Shown piece by piece: positions 57,546 through 64,000 of a DNA stretch of 64,000 nt. Location of the stretch: the IMG/VR virus record IMGVR_UViG_3300025941_000015, positions 1 through 64,000 of that record. One strand, 5' to 3'. Every line of letters begins with the position of its first letter. Position 1 is the first letter of the stretch. Under the pieces are notes generated by a model. That model saw only the letters and a list, made by a program, of their open reading frames with translations. It was not told the origin of the DNA and searched no databases. The DNA comes from a virus. Position numbers and translations under genes: made by a program.

Positions 57546-57929
57546 ATGACCACCACCATCAGCAACCCCGAGGTCCGCTCGACCGACCTCCTCGTGCACG
57601 AGCTGCTCGTGCAGCTCCGGGCCGCCGAGCGCGCCGAGGAGCGCGCCGACGCCATCAAGGCCGAGCTGGTCGAGCGCCTGGGCGACGGCGGCAAGGTTGA
57701 GACCCACGAGGCGAAGATCGCCATCGTGGCCAACAAGACCCAGGTCGTCGACATCGACGCCCTGCAGACCGTCGCCTCGAAGGGCTTCTTCTACAAGGTC
57801 ACCAAGCGGGTCGTCGACAACACCGCCTTCAAGGCGTTCCTCGCCCTGGAGCAGGTGCCCCAGGACGTGCTCGACATCGTGACCACGAAGGTCAGCAAGC
57901 CCGCCGTCCGAGTCACGATCAAGAAGTGA
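57546..57929 (+). CDS. Gam/gp157-like hypothetical protein
   Basis: AGGAG RBS; coiled N-terminus, VD...F..V..P.VRVT. Confidence 0.6.
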   Translation: MTTTISNPEVRSTDLLVHELLVQLRAAERAEERADAIKAELVERLGDGGKVETHEAKIAIVANKTQVVDIDALQTVASKGFFYKVTKRVVDNTAFKAFLALEQVPQDVLDIVTTKVSKPAVRVTIKK

Positions 57930-58093
57930 TCCTCGACGACGGCCACCAGCACCACGTCGAGATCGAGCGTGAGAACCTCCCGCCCCGCTCGTGGTACCCA
58001 CGCTGCGACTGCGGCTGGGAGGGGTTCGGCCAGGCGTCTCGACGTGACGCTGAGGACGACGGCGACGGCCACGTCCTCAGCTTCACCCGCTGA
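57926..58093 (+). CDS. small Zn-finger protein
   Basis: H..CDCGW..H; GTGA overlap. Confidence 0.6.
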   Translation: MILDDGHQHHVEIERENLPPRSWYPRCDCGWEGFGQASRRDAEDDGDGHVLSFTR

Positions 58094-58175
58094 TCGCCCG
58101 TCGACGTGAGGCCGGTCAGGTAGGTGGCGCCACTGACGACCGGCCACAGCGCCCGGTAAAGCCGGATCGGGTTGG

Positions 58176-58208
58176 GAGCGCCCTCTGCACACCGCAGGGG
58201 GCGCTCTC
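58176..58208. terminator. GC-rich hairpin upstream of ParB-like gene
   Basis: GAGCGCCCTCTGC-ACACC-GCAGGGGGCGCTC. Confidence 0.55.
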
Positions 58209-58223
58209 GCGTACGCTGGAGCC

Positions 58224-58991
58224 ATGGAGTCTCGATCGAGGAGCCGGGCGCCGTCGGGCGCCGACCCGCACCTCGCTGCGCGCCTGGGGCGCCAGCAGGA
58301 GAACCGTGATCGCATCATCGGTGCGGGCGCCGGTCGCGAGCGCGTGCTGGGCAATCGAGCTGCGCTCTTCGAGGCCGGTGAGATCGACTTCGACCCGCAC
58401 ACGCTGTCGATGGAGTCGCTGGGCATCCGCAACGTCGAGCGCGACGTGCTGCACAACCGTGTCGAGAACAAGGTGCCGTACGGGCCGCACGATGCGTCGG
58501 TGTTCCGCAAGGCTGGTGAGGTGCGAGAGGTGCCCCTGACGGGCCCTGACGCCGTCACAACGATGCAGAGCCACGTGAGCCCCGCACGTGTCGCTGAGAT
58601 CGTCAGAGACCCGCACAGCGGCTCTGATCCACGCTTCCGAGGCACGCCTGCAGCCGAGATGCCACTGGTCGTCGAGCACATGACGCGCCACCCGGAGACG
58701 GGCGCCTGGGGCCGCACGAACGTGGTCTACAACGGCAACCACCGCATCGTCGCGGCCCTGCAGCAGGGGCAGACCTCGATCCCCGCTCGTGTCATCACGA
58801 GGGAGCAGCGCGAGTCTGCGTCCGACGTGTTCCGGCGAGACAGGACGCGCTTCAAGGACTCACGAGAGCAGCGCCTCGATGTCGGCAGCACCCGCCTGGT
58901 GATGGGCGATCCCACGATCAAGAGGGGCATGGGCGCTGGCATCTGGGACGAGGTCGCCAAGCAGGACATCGAGAACTACGGGAATACCTAG
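58224..58991 (+). CDS. ParB/Srx-like domain protein
   Basis: TMQSHV, MPLVV..VVYNGNHRIVAALQQG...IPARV. Confidence 0.7.
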   Translation: MESRSRSRAPSGADPHLAARLGRQQENRDRIIGAGAGRERVLGNRAALFEAGEIDFDPHTLSMESLGIRNVERDVLHNRVENKVPYGPHDASVFRKAGEVREVPLTGPDAVTTMQSHVSPARVAEIVRDPHSGSDPRFRGTPAAEMPLVVEHMTRHPETGAWGRTNVVYNGNHRIVAALQQGQTSIPARVITREQRESASDVFRRDRTRFKDSREQRLDVGSTRLVMGDPTIKRGMGAGIWDEVAKQDIENYGNT

Positions 58992-58996
58992 CCCGG

Positions 58997-59037
58997 CAGG
59001 TTGCAACTGCGTTGTGGTCGTGTACACTGGCCACATG
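58997..59037 (+). promoter_or_regulatory. cassette promoter P13
   Basis: TTGCAA-16-TACACT-6-ATG. Confidence 0.8.
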
Positions 59038-59403
59038 ACCTACCACACCACCACCCCCGCCAACTACACCCCCGTCCTTGGCTCCGTTGTCCCCGGACCC
59101 TGGAACTCGAAGTACGCCGTCTCGGAGCACACGCTCGCCGTGAACCTCGCCAGCACCGCTGCGATCGAGGACGACGACCACACGGTCGTCCGGGCGATCG
59201 ACGACGCCGTCGCCGTGTTCGAGGACGACGACCTCATCAACGACGGCTCGATCCGAGGCTTCTGGGCCTGGGTCTGGAGCGGGCTCGACCGCGGCACGCA
59301 GCGTGACGTCGCCAAGCGCGCCGAGGCGCTCCTCGAAGCGCACCGCGCTGGCGGGTACGGCAGCAAGGCCGACCTCTTCGAGATGTTCGACGGCCAGCGG
59401 TGA
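59035..59403 (+). CDS. hypothetical protein
   Basis: Leaderless MTYHTTT start. Confidence 0.7.
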   Translation: MTYHTTTPANYTPVLGSVVPGPWNSKYAVSEHTLAVNLASTAAIEDDDHTVVRAIDDAVAVFEDDDLINDGSIRGFWAWVWSGLDRGTQRDVAKRAEALLEAHRAGGYGSKADLFEMFDGQR

Positions 59404-59564
59404 GCGCGCTCACTGGCAAGGCGCTCGTCGAGCACCGCCGGGACCGCCTCGCCGACCTCGTCGAGATGCGGGCCCGGCAGGCCGCCGAGCTGGCCGAGAC
59501 CGATGAGGCGATCGCCGAGTGCATCGCCTCGATCCTCGACGCAGCCTCCGAGGAGCTGTCATGA
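59400..59564 (+). CDS. small coiled-coil protein
   Basis: GTGA and ATGA overlaps. Confidence 0.55.
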   Translation: MSALTGKALVEHRRDRLADLVEMRARQAAELAETDEAIAECIASILDAASEELS

Positions 59565-60196
59565 ACCAGAGTCACGAGGATTGGCTCAACGCCGCCGGAG
59601 ACCCGGCCGCCACGCACGCCCTGATCAACCAGGCGGGCTCGTACGAGAACGGCCCGCACCAGCTCCCCCACACCACGCTGATCGCCGGGCTGATGTACGG
59701 GGCAGGCGCCCTCTACGTGCCGAAGGGCCGTGCGCAGTTGTGGTACGCCCTCGTCGTCCCGCTGTTCATCGCCGGGTGCCACTTCCTCCGCGACGGGGGC
59801 CGCACCCCGGCCTCTGAGTCATCGTGGTGGTGGTACGGCGAGTTCCACCAGACCCCGCTCTCGCTGTTCTTCTTCGCCCTGTCGATCGCCAGCGTGTTCC
59901 TGCTGAACGCCGAGGTGAACCGGCACAAGCGTGCCCGGTACTACGCCGCGGCCGCTGCCGCTCAGCTCGACGCAGACACCGCCTGGATCGCTCAGGGCGG
60001 GCGCACGGTCGTCGAGGCGACGGTTCGCTCTCACAACGACGTTGAGCCCTCACAGGGCCACACAGCGCCTCTCCCGACGTTGTGGCTGCCGAGCAGCCCC
60101 GAGCGCCGGGTGCGCCGTGGCGGCACGACGCTCAACGGCACACCGATCAAGGATCGCCGATCGGTCAACCCCGAGACACTCTTCGACGAGTACTGA
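59561..60196 (+). CDS. membrane protein (3 TM)
   Basis: GAGGAG RBS; hydrophobic segments. Confidence 0.7.
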   Translation: MNQSHEDWLNAAGDPAATHALINQAGSYENGPHQLPHTTLIAGLMYGAGALYVPKGRAQLWYALVVPLFIAGCHFLRDGGRTPASESSWWWYGEFHQTPLSLFFFALSIASVFLLNAEVNRHKRARYYAAAAAAQLDADTAWIAQGGRTVVEATVRSHNDVEPSQGHTAPLPTLWLPSSPERRVRRGGTTLNGTPIKDRRSVNPETLFDEY

Positions 60197-60203
60197 CAAC
60201 CCA

Positions 60204-60240
60204 TGGTTGCAACAGCGTTGTGACCGTGTACACTGCACAC
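60204..60240 (+). promoter_or_regulatory. cassette promoter P14 (leadered)
   Basis: TTGCAA-16-TACACT, then CA-rich leader with GGAG before ATG 60269. Confidence 0.8.
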
Positions 60241-60268
60241 CGACCCCTACCCACTGGAGAACGCCACC

Positions 60269-61000
60269 ATGGCACGAATCAACACCGTCAAGAGCGCGCA
60301 GCAGCGCTACCGCACCGTCCCCGTCCTCGACGAGGCGGGCCAGCCCAAGAGCACCCCGGTGCTCCGCAAGGACGGCACGCCCAAGACCACCAAGACCGGC
60401 CGGGCCATCACCCGCCGGGTGACGGTCGCCGACAAGACCCAGCCGCTGCCCAACCACACGTGCGGCAAGTGCGGTGTGGAGATCGAGGTCGGCCACCCGT
60501 ACCGCTGGGTGCAGATCAAGAGCGGCCCGTACGGCGGACGCACGATGTACCGCTGCATGAGCTGCCCCTCGTGGCGCCAGTCCGAGCTGACCAGCTCGAA
60601 GATGGCGGGCATCTACGCCGCCCAGGAGCACCTGAGCGACATCATCGACAGCCTGGAGACGGTCGACGATCTCACCGACGCAGCGCAGACGTTCGCCGAT
60701 GCCGTCCGCGAGGTCGGCGAGGAGTACCGCGAGTCGCAGTCCAACATGGTCGACGGCTTCGGCCACGACACCTCGATGAGCGACGAGCTGGGCGAGAAGG
60801 CCGACATGCTCGACGACTGGGCGAACGACATCGAGTACCTCGACTTCGAGGACTTCGACGAGGAGCCGCCCGAGGAGGACGACTTCGAGGATGAGGACGC
60901 CTTCGAGACCGCCAAGGAGGACTGGAACGCGAACGCTGACGCCCACTGGGAAGACCAGCGCGCCGTCCTCATCGACGCATCGGACGAGTGCCCGCTCTGA
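60269..61000 (+). CDS. Zn-finger + acidic coiled-coil protein
   Basis: CGKCG..I..G..Y.W..CMSC..LTSS; very acidic C-half. Confidence 0.75.
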   Translation: MARINTVKSAQQRYRTVPVLDEAGQPKSTPVLRKDGTPKTTKTGRAITRRVTVADKTQPLPNHTCGKCGVEIEVGHPYRWVQIKSGPYGGRTMYRCMSCPSWRQSELTSSKMAGIYAAQEHLSDIIDSLETVDDLTDAAQTFADAVREVGEEYRESQSNMVDGFGHDTSMSDELGEKADMLDDWANDIEYLDFEDFDEEPPEEDDFEDEDAFETAKEDWNANADAHWEDQRAVLIDASDECPL

Positions 61001-61260
61001 TGCGCAAGCGGGCCGTGCTCGAACACATCGGCAAGTACGTCGAGATCGAGCACGGCCCGTTCCGGCCCCGCAGCCTGGCCATCGTGCTGGGCTACGGGTA
61101 CCGGCAGCGCCACGGTCGCGGCTCGCCGCTCGAAGAAGACTGGACGTCGCGCTCAGGCGGCAGCCAGGTCGCCGTGGCCATGCGCCACGAGGACGGCTCG
61201 TGGACCCCCGAGGCCGTCCATCTGATTTCAATCCACCGATGCTCCGAGGAGGAGTCATGA
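61000..61260 (+). CDS. hypothetical protein
   Basis: TGATG overlap. Confidence 0.6.
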   Translation: MRKRAVLEHIGKYVEIEHGPFRPRSLAIVLGYGYRQRHGRGSPLEEDWTSRSGGSQVAVAMRHEDGSWTPEAVHLISIHRCSEEES

Positions 61261-61619
61261 ACCGAGATGCCCCCATTCTGCGACTGGTCACACCGGCCGT
61301 CGATCACGCTGTTGACGTCGTCATGCACAACGCTGACCCCGAGCGCTTCCACCGCCAGCACGGCGTGCCGTGCGAGCTGTGCCCCGAGCCCGAGACCGAG
61401 CTGCAGAAGGAGATCGCTCGCAAGATCGATGAGCTGATGGGTGACACCGAGATGGCCCCGTGGCAACGCAAGCTGGCCAGCGAGGTGCTCGCCGCACAGA
61501 TGGCGCCTGACAGCATCGAGATGTCCGACGCACTGCAGACCTACCTCGACGACCGCAGCCTGATGGCTGACCCCGGCGAGATCGAGGACGACGAAGATGA
61601 CGAAGAGATTGACGAGTGA
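61257..61619 (+). CDS. acidic hypothetical protein
   Basis: GAGGAG RBS; CELC; stop abuts P15. Confidence 0.65.
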   Translation: MNRDAPILRLVTPAVDHAVDVVMHNADPERFHRQHGVPCELCPEPETELQKEIARKIDELMGDTEMAPWQRKLASEVLAAQMAPDSIEMSDALQTYLDDRSLMADPGEIEDDEDDEEIDE

Positions 61620-61658
61620 GGTTGCAACGGCGTTGCGACCGTGTACACTGATCACATG
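61618..61658 (+). promoter_or_regulatory. cassette promoter P15
   Basis: TTGCAA-16-TACACT-6-ATG. Confidence 0.8.
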
Positions 61659-62369
61659 ACCAACGCCACCGCAACCCCCCGCCAGTTCGACTTCATCGCC
61701 AAGCTCGTTGACGAGCGCAAGGCCACCTGCGGCGTCACCGACGTCGCCGCCTTCATGCAGGTGCTCGCCGACCAGCGCCTCACCAAGACCGGCGCCAGCG
61801 CCCTCATCGACAACCTGCTCTCGCAGAAGCCGGACGCCAAGGTCGCCCCGGCCCCGGTCGCAGGCGCCACCCCGGCCCAGCCCGCGGTGCGCCCCAACCG
61901 CTTCGACGCCAAGTGCGACCGCTGCGGCAAGAACGTGCCCGCGGGCACCGGCACGCTCAACGGTGGCCCTGGCCGCTGGATCGTCGCCCACGTCGAGGGT
62001 GGCTGCCCGGTCGACCTGCAGGTCGAGCTGAACCAGCTCCTCGCCGAGATCCCCAAGGGCTACTACGCCATCCCGTTCATCGGCCTCGACGCCGCCCGCA
62101 ACGACCTCACCTTCCTCGCCGTCGGCACGAAGGACAACGGCGACCGCACGCTGCGCCACGTGGTCGGTGGCCACGGCGAGCTGGACGGCATGAGCATCGA
62201 GTGGTGCCGCCGGGCCGTCGCCGGGCTCAACGCCACGAGCCTCGAAGTGGCAGCCGCCACCTACGGCCAGGAGTACTCCCACTGCGGACGCTGCGGCCGG
62301 TCGCTGACCGACGACGCCAGCCGTGCCCGCGGCATCGGCCCGGAGTGCGCCACCAAGCTCTGGAGCTGA
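61656..62369 (+). CDS. DUF6011-domain protein
   Basis: AT.RQ..FI..L..AS.LID.L N-terminus; CGRCGRSLTD..SRARGIGPECA. Confidence 0.85.
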   Translation: MTNATATPRQFDFIAKLVDERKATCGVTDVAAFMQVLADQRLTKTGASALIDNLLSQKPDAKVAPAPVAGATPAQPAVRPNRFDAKCDRCGKNVPAGTGTLNGGPGRWIVAHVEGGCPVDLQVELNQLLAEIPKGYYAIPFIGLDAARNDLTFLAVGTKDNGDRTLRHVVGGHGELDGMSIEWCRRAVAGLNATSLEVAAATYGQEYSHCGRCGRSLTDDASRARGIGPECATKLWS

Positions 62370-62375
62370 CCACGG

Positions 62376-62418
62376 CAACGGGGTTGCGATTGGCGCAACC
62401 CCGTGTACACTGACCACA
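62376..62418 (+). promoter_or_regulatory. cassette promoter P16 (leadered, hairpin variant)
   Basis: TTGCGA-16-TACACT inside an 11-bp inverted repeat. Confidence 0.7.
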
Positions 62419-62459
62419 CCCTTCCCCTACCAATGACAACCACCAAGGAGACCACCAAC

Positions 62460-63170
62460 ATGAACACCGACACCACGATCCTCGTCTCGAAGATCGAGAA
62501 GCTCTGGCGCAAGGCCAACAGCGCGGGCTCGACCCCGGCCGAGCGTGACACGTTCGAGGCCAAGGCCCTGAGCCTCATGGAAGAGAACCGCATCACGATG
62601 GCGATGCTGGAGATCGACGACCAGGACATCCTGGGCGACTACGAGTACGGCGACATCTCGGGCCGCTACGCCCGGCCCGTGCTGGCCATCTTGACCGCCG
62701 TGGCCCACGCCTACGACTGCAAGGTCTGGTGGCGCGACTTCGGCTCGACGAAGCAGGTCTGGCTGTTCGGCTTCAAGAGCGACTGCGAGCGCACCAAGCT
62801 GCTCGCCCGCATGCTCATCGCCGATGCGCAGGCGCAAGCCACGTCCGAGTCGGGCTACTCGCCCGGCGAGACGTTCTCGTTGCGCCACAGCTTCCTCCAC
62901 GGCTTCTCGTCGGCGATCGCCATGCGTCTCCGCGAGGCCGCCGTCATGGCCAACAAGGCGTTCGACCAGGAGGCCGCCAAGGGCTCCGCCCTGGTGCTCG
63001 TGGCCCGCCGTGAGCAGATGCACGTGGAGTACTCGAAGAAGCGCCTGCGCAGCGCCAGCCCGAGCTACGCCCGTCGGGGCGGCGCCCGTGGCCGCGGCGT
63101 CGAGGCGGGCAACAACGCCCGTCTCTCGACGCAGGGGCAGGTCGTCAACCGCAAGGCGCTCGCATCATGA
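62460..63170 (+). CDS. DUF2786-domain protein
   Basis: KIEKL.RKA...T.AE..F..KA..LM; FG..SD; SFL.GF..I..RL; AAGGAG RBS. Confidence 0.85.
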   Translation: MNTDTTILVSKIEKLWRKANSAGSTPAERDTFEAKALSLMEENRITMAMLEIDDQDILGDYEYGDISGRYARPVLAILTAVAHAYDCKVWWRDFGSTKQVWLFGFKSDCERTKLLARMLIADAQAQATSESGYSPGETFSLRHSFLHGFSSAIAMRLREAAVMANKAFDQEAAKGSALVLVARREQMHVEYSKKRLRSASPSYARRGGARGRGVEAGNNARLSTQGQVVNRKALAS

Positions 63171-63673
63171 GCAGCGACCCCGACAAGGACACGGTGTACG
63201 CCGCTGAGGCGCTCGCCTTCCTGGGCACGCCCCTCGCAGACCGCCAGCAGGAGTCGAGCATCGTGGAGGGCTACCACACGATGCTCGACGCCCCCTGGTG
63301 GAAGTGGGGCACCATCGAGATCCGCCAGGCACGCGCCGACATGGTGCGCGCAGGCGGGTACGCCAGCCTGTTCGGCATCAGCACGAGCGCTGGCCGCGTG
63401 GAGCGCTACACGATCAGCCACGAGCTGGCTCACATGGTGGTCAAGCGCCAGGGCATCTGTGATCGACACGGGCCCCAGTTCCGCACGGCGCACCTGTACA
63501 CCGTCGGTGCCGGGTTCGGCCGCCAGTACGCAGACCTCCTCGCTCAGGCGTACGAGGACTACAACCTCCCGGTGTTCCTCACGCCGGGTGGGCTGGGCAT
63601 CCCCCCGGTGCCCACGATCAACATCGATGCTCTCAGCATCGCAGCAGCCCCTCGGGGCGGATGGAGAAGGTAA
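63167..63673 (+). CDS. TIGR04338-like HEXXH metallohydrolase
   Basis: VYAAE, HELAH, HGPQF; follows DUF2786. Confidence 0.85.
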   Translation: MSSDPDKDTVYAAEALAFLGTPLADRQQESSIVEGYHTMLDAPWWKWGTIEIRQARADMVRAGGYASLFGISTSAGRVERYTISHELAHMVVKRQGICDRHGPQFRTAHLYTVGAGFGRQYADLLAQAYEDYNLPVFLTPGGLGIPPVPTINIDALSIAAAPRGGWRR

Positions 63674-63864
63674 TGATGGTTCACACAACGGACATCGCAG
63701 GCATCCGCGACATCGCTCAGCACTTCGGTGTGAAGCCCAACGTCGTCAGCAACTGGTCAGCTCGCTACAGCGACTTCCCCGCGCCGATCGCAGAGGTGGC
63801 TGCTGGCCGCCTGTGGGATCTGCAGGAGGTCGTCGAGTGGTACAACGATCGCTGGGCATCGTGA
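63673..63864 (+). CDS. small excisionase/AlpA/BldC-like HTH protein
   Basis: G..DIA..GV...VSNW..R..DFPAP..GRLWD..V.EW. Confidence 0.8.
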   Translation: MMVHTTDIAGIRDIAQHFGVKPNVVSNWSARYSDFPAPIAEVAAGRLWDLQEVVEWYNDRWAS

Positions 63865-64000
63865 TCCAGAGTCTGGAGCGCGTCGCACACGACGAGGCGT
63901 ACCACGTCGCGAGGCGCTCGAAGCACGGCGACTTGAAGCAGATCACGCGCAGCACGGGTGACCTCGACGAGGCACGAGCGTGGTGCCACGACGCTGACAC
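63861..64000 (+). CDS. hypothetical protein (3'-truncated)
   Basis: GTGA overlap; open to window end. Confidence 0.5.
   Translation, partial: MIQSLERVAHDEAYHVARRSKHGDLKQITRSTGDLDEARAWCHDAD

Larger units (their letters stand above)
49029..62418 (+). repeat. dispersed family of 16 conserved promoter/operator elements heading gene cassettes
   Basis: Consensus (GAWTC-N11-13)-TTGSAA-CRGCGTTG-N5-6-GTG-TACACT-GNYCAC-ATGAC; copies listed individually. Confidence 0.9.

Noticed and set aside
48030-58210. tRNA genes in intergenic gaps (48030-48170, 49810-50090, 58094-58210)
   Set aside because: No cloverleaf with a proper T-arm and acceptor stem could be built by eye. tRNAscan-SE would be decisive.
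42075-58991. ParABS partition system
   Set aside because: The ParB-like proteins lack an HTH, and no ParA is present in the window.
49029-62418. CRISPR array interpretation of the repeats
   Set aside because: Repeats are degenerate and separated by 0.28-1.7 kb of protein-coding genes. There is no cas operon; the Cas4-like gene is a stand-alone phage nuclease.
49029-62418. Classical integron (attC/IntI)
   Set aside because: No tyrosine recombinase in the window. The elements sit 5' of genes, look like promoters and lack attC R/L box architecture.

Overview
A high-GC window from a large actinobacterial myovirus with a contractile tail. Essentially all credible genes are on the + strand. Layout: (1) 1-24.5 kb tail and baseplate module: sheath, tube, chaperone, tape measure with M15 peptidase and lytic transglycosylase domains, LysM, hub, a spike-fibre fusion, an S74 fibre, gp25, J and I, with a lysis cassette embedded at 15.4-17.8 kb. 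(2) 24.5-41.8 kb replication and recombination: a wHTH protein with an iteron-like array, degenerate DnaC, DnaB, primase, dNMP kinase, SNF2 helicase, MerR-like HTH, SSB, PolA, RecA, WhiB, a Cas4-like nuclease and two resolvases. (3) 41.8-48.9 kb conserved hypotheticals plus SpoVS, a ParB-like protein and a DNA methyltransferase. (4) 49-64 kb array of small genes organised as about 16 cassettes. Each cassette is headed by a conserved 40-60 bp element: GAWTC, -35 TTG(C/G)AA, operator-like CAAC-N3-GTTG, -10 TACACT, then 6 nt to a leaderless ATG and a CA-rich, Thr-coding start. The most notable unexplained structures are this promoter-cassette array and a plasmid-like control region (leader peptide, sequestered RBS, palindromic iterons) around the wHTH gene at 26.2-27.3 kb. 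All product calls come from motif recognition by eye; no database searches were run.
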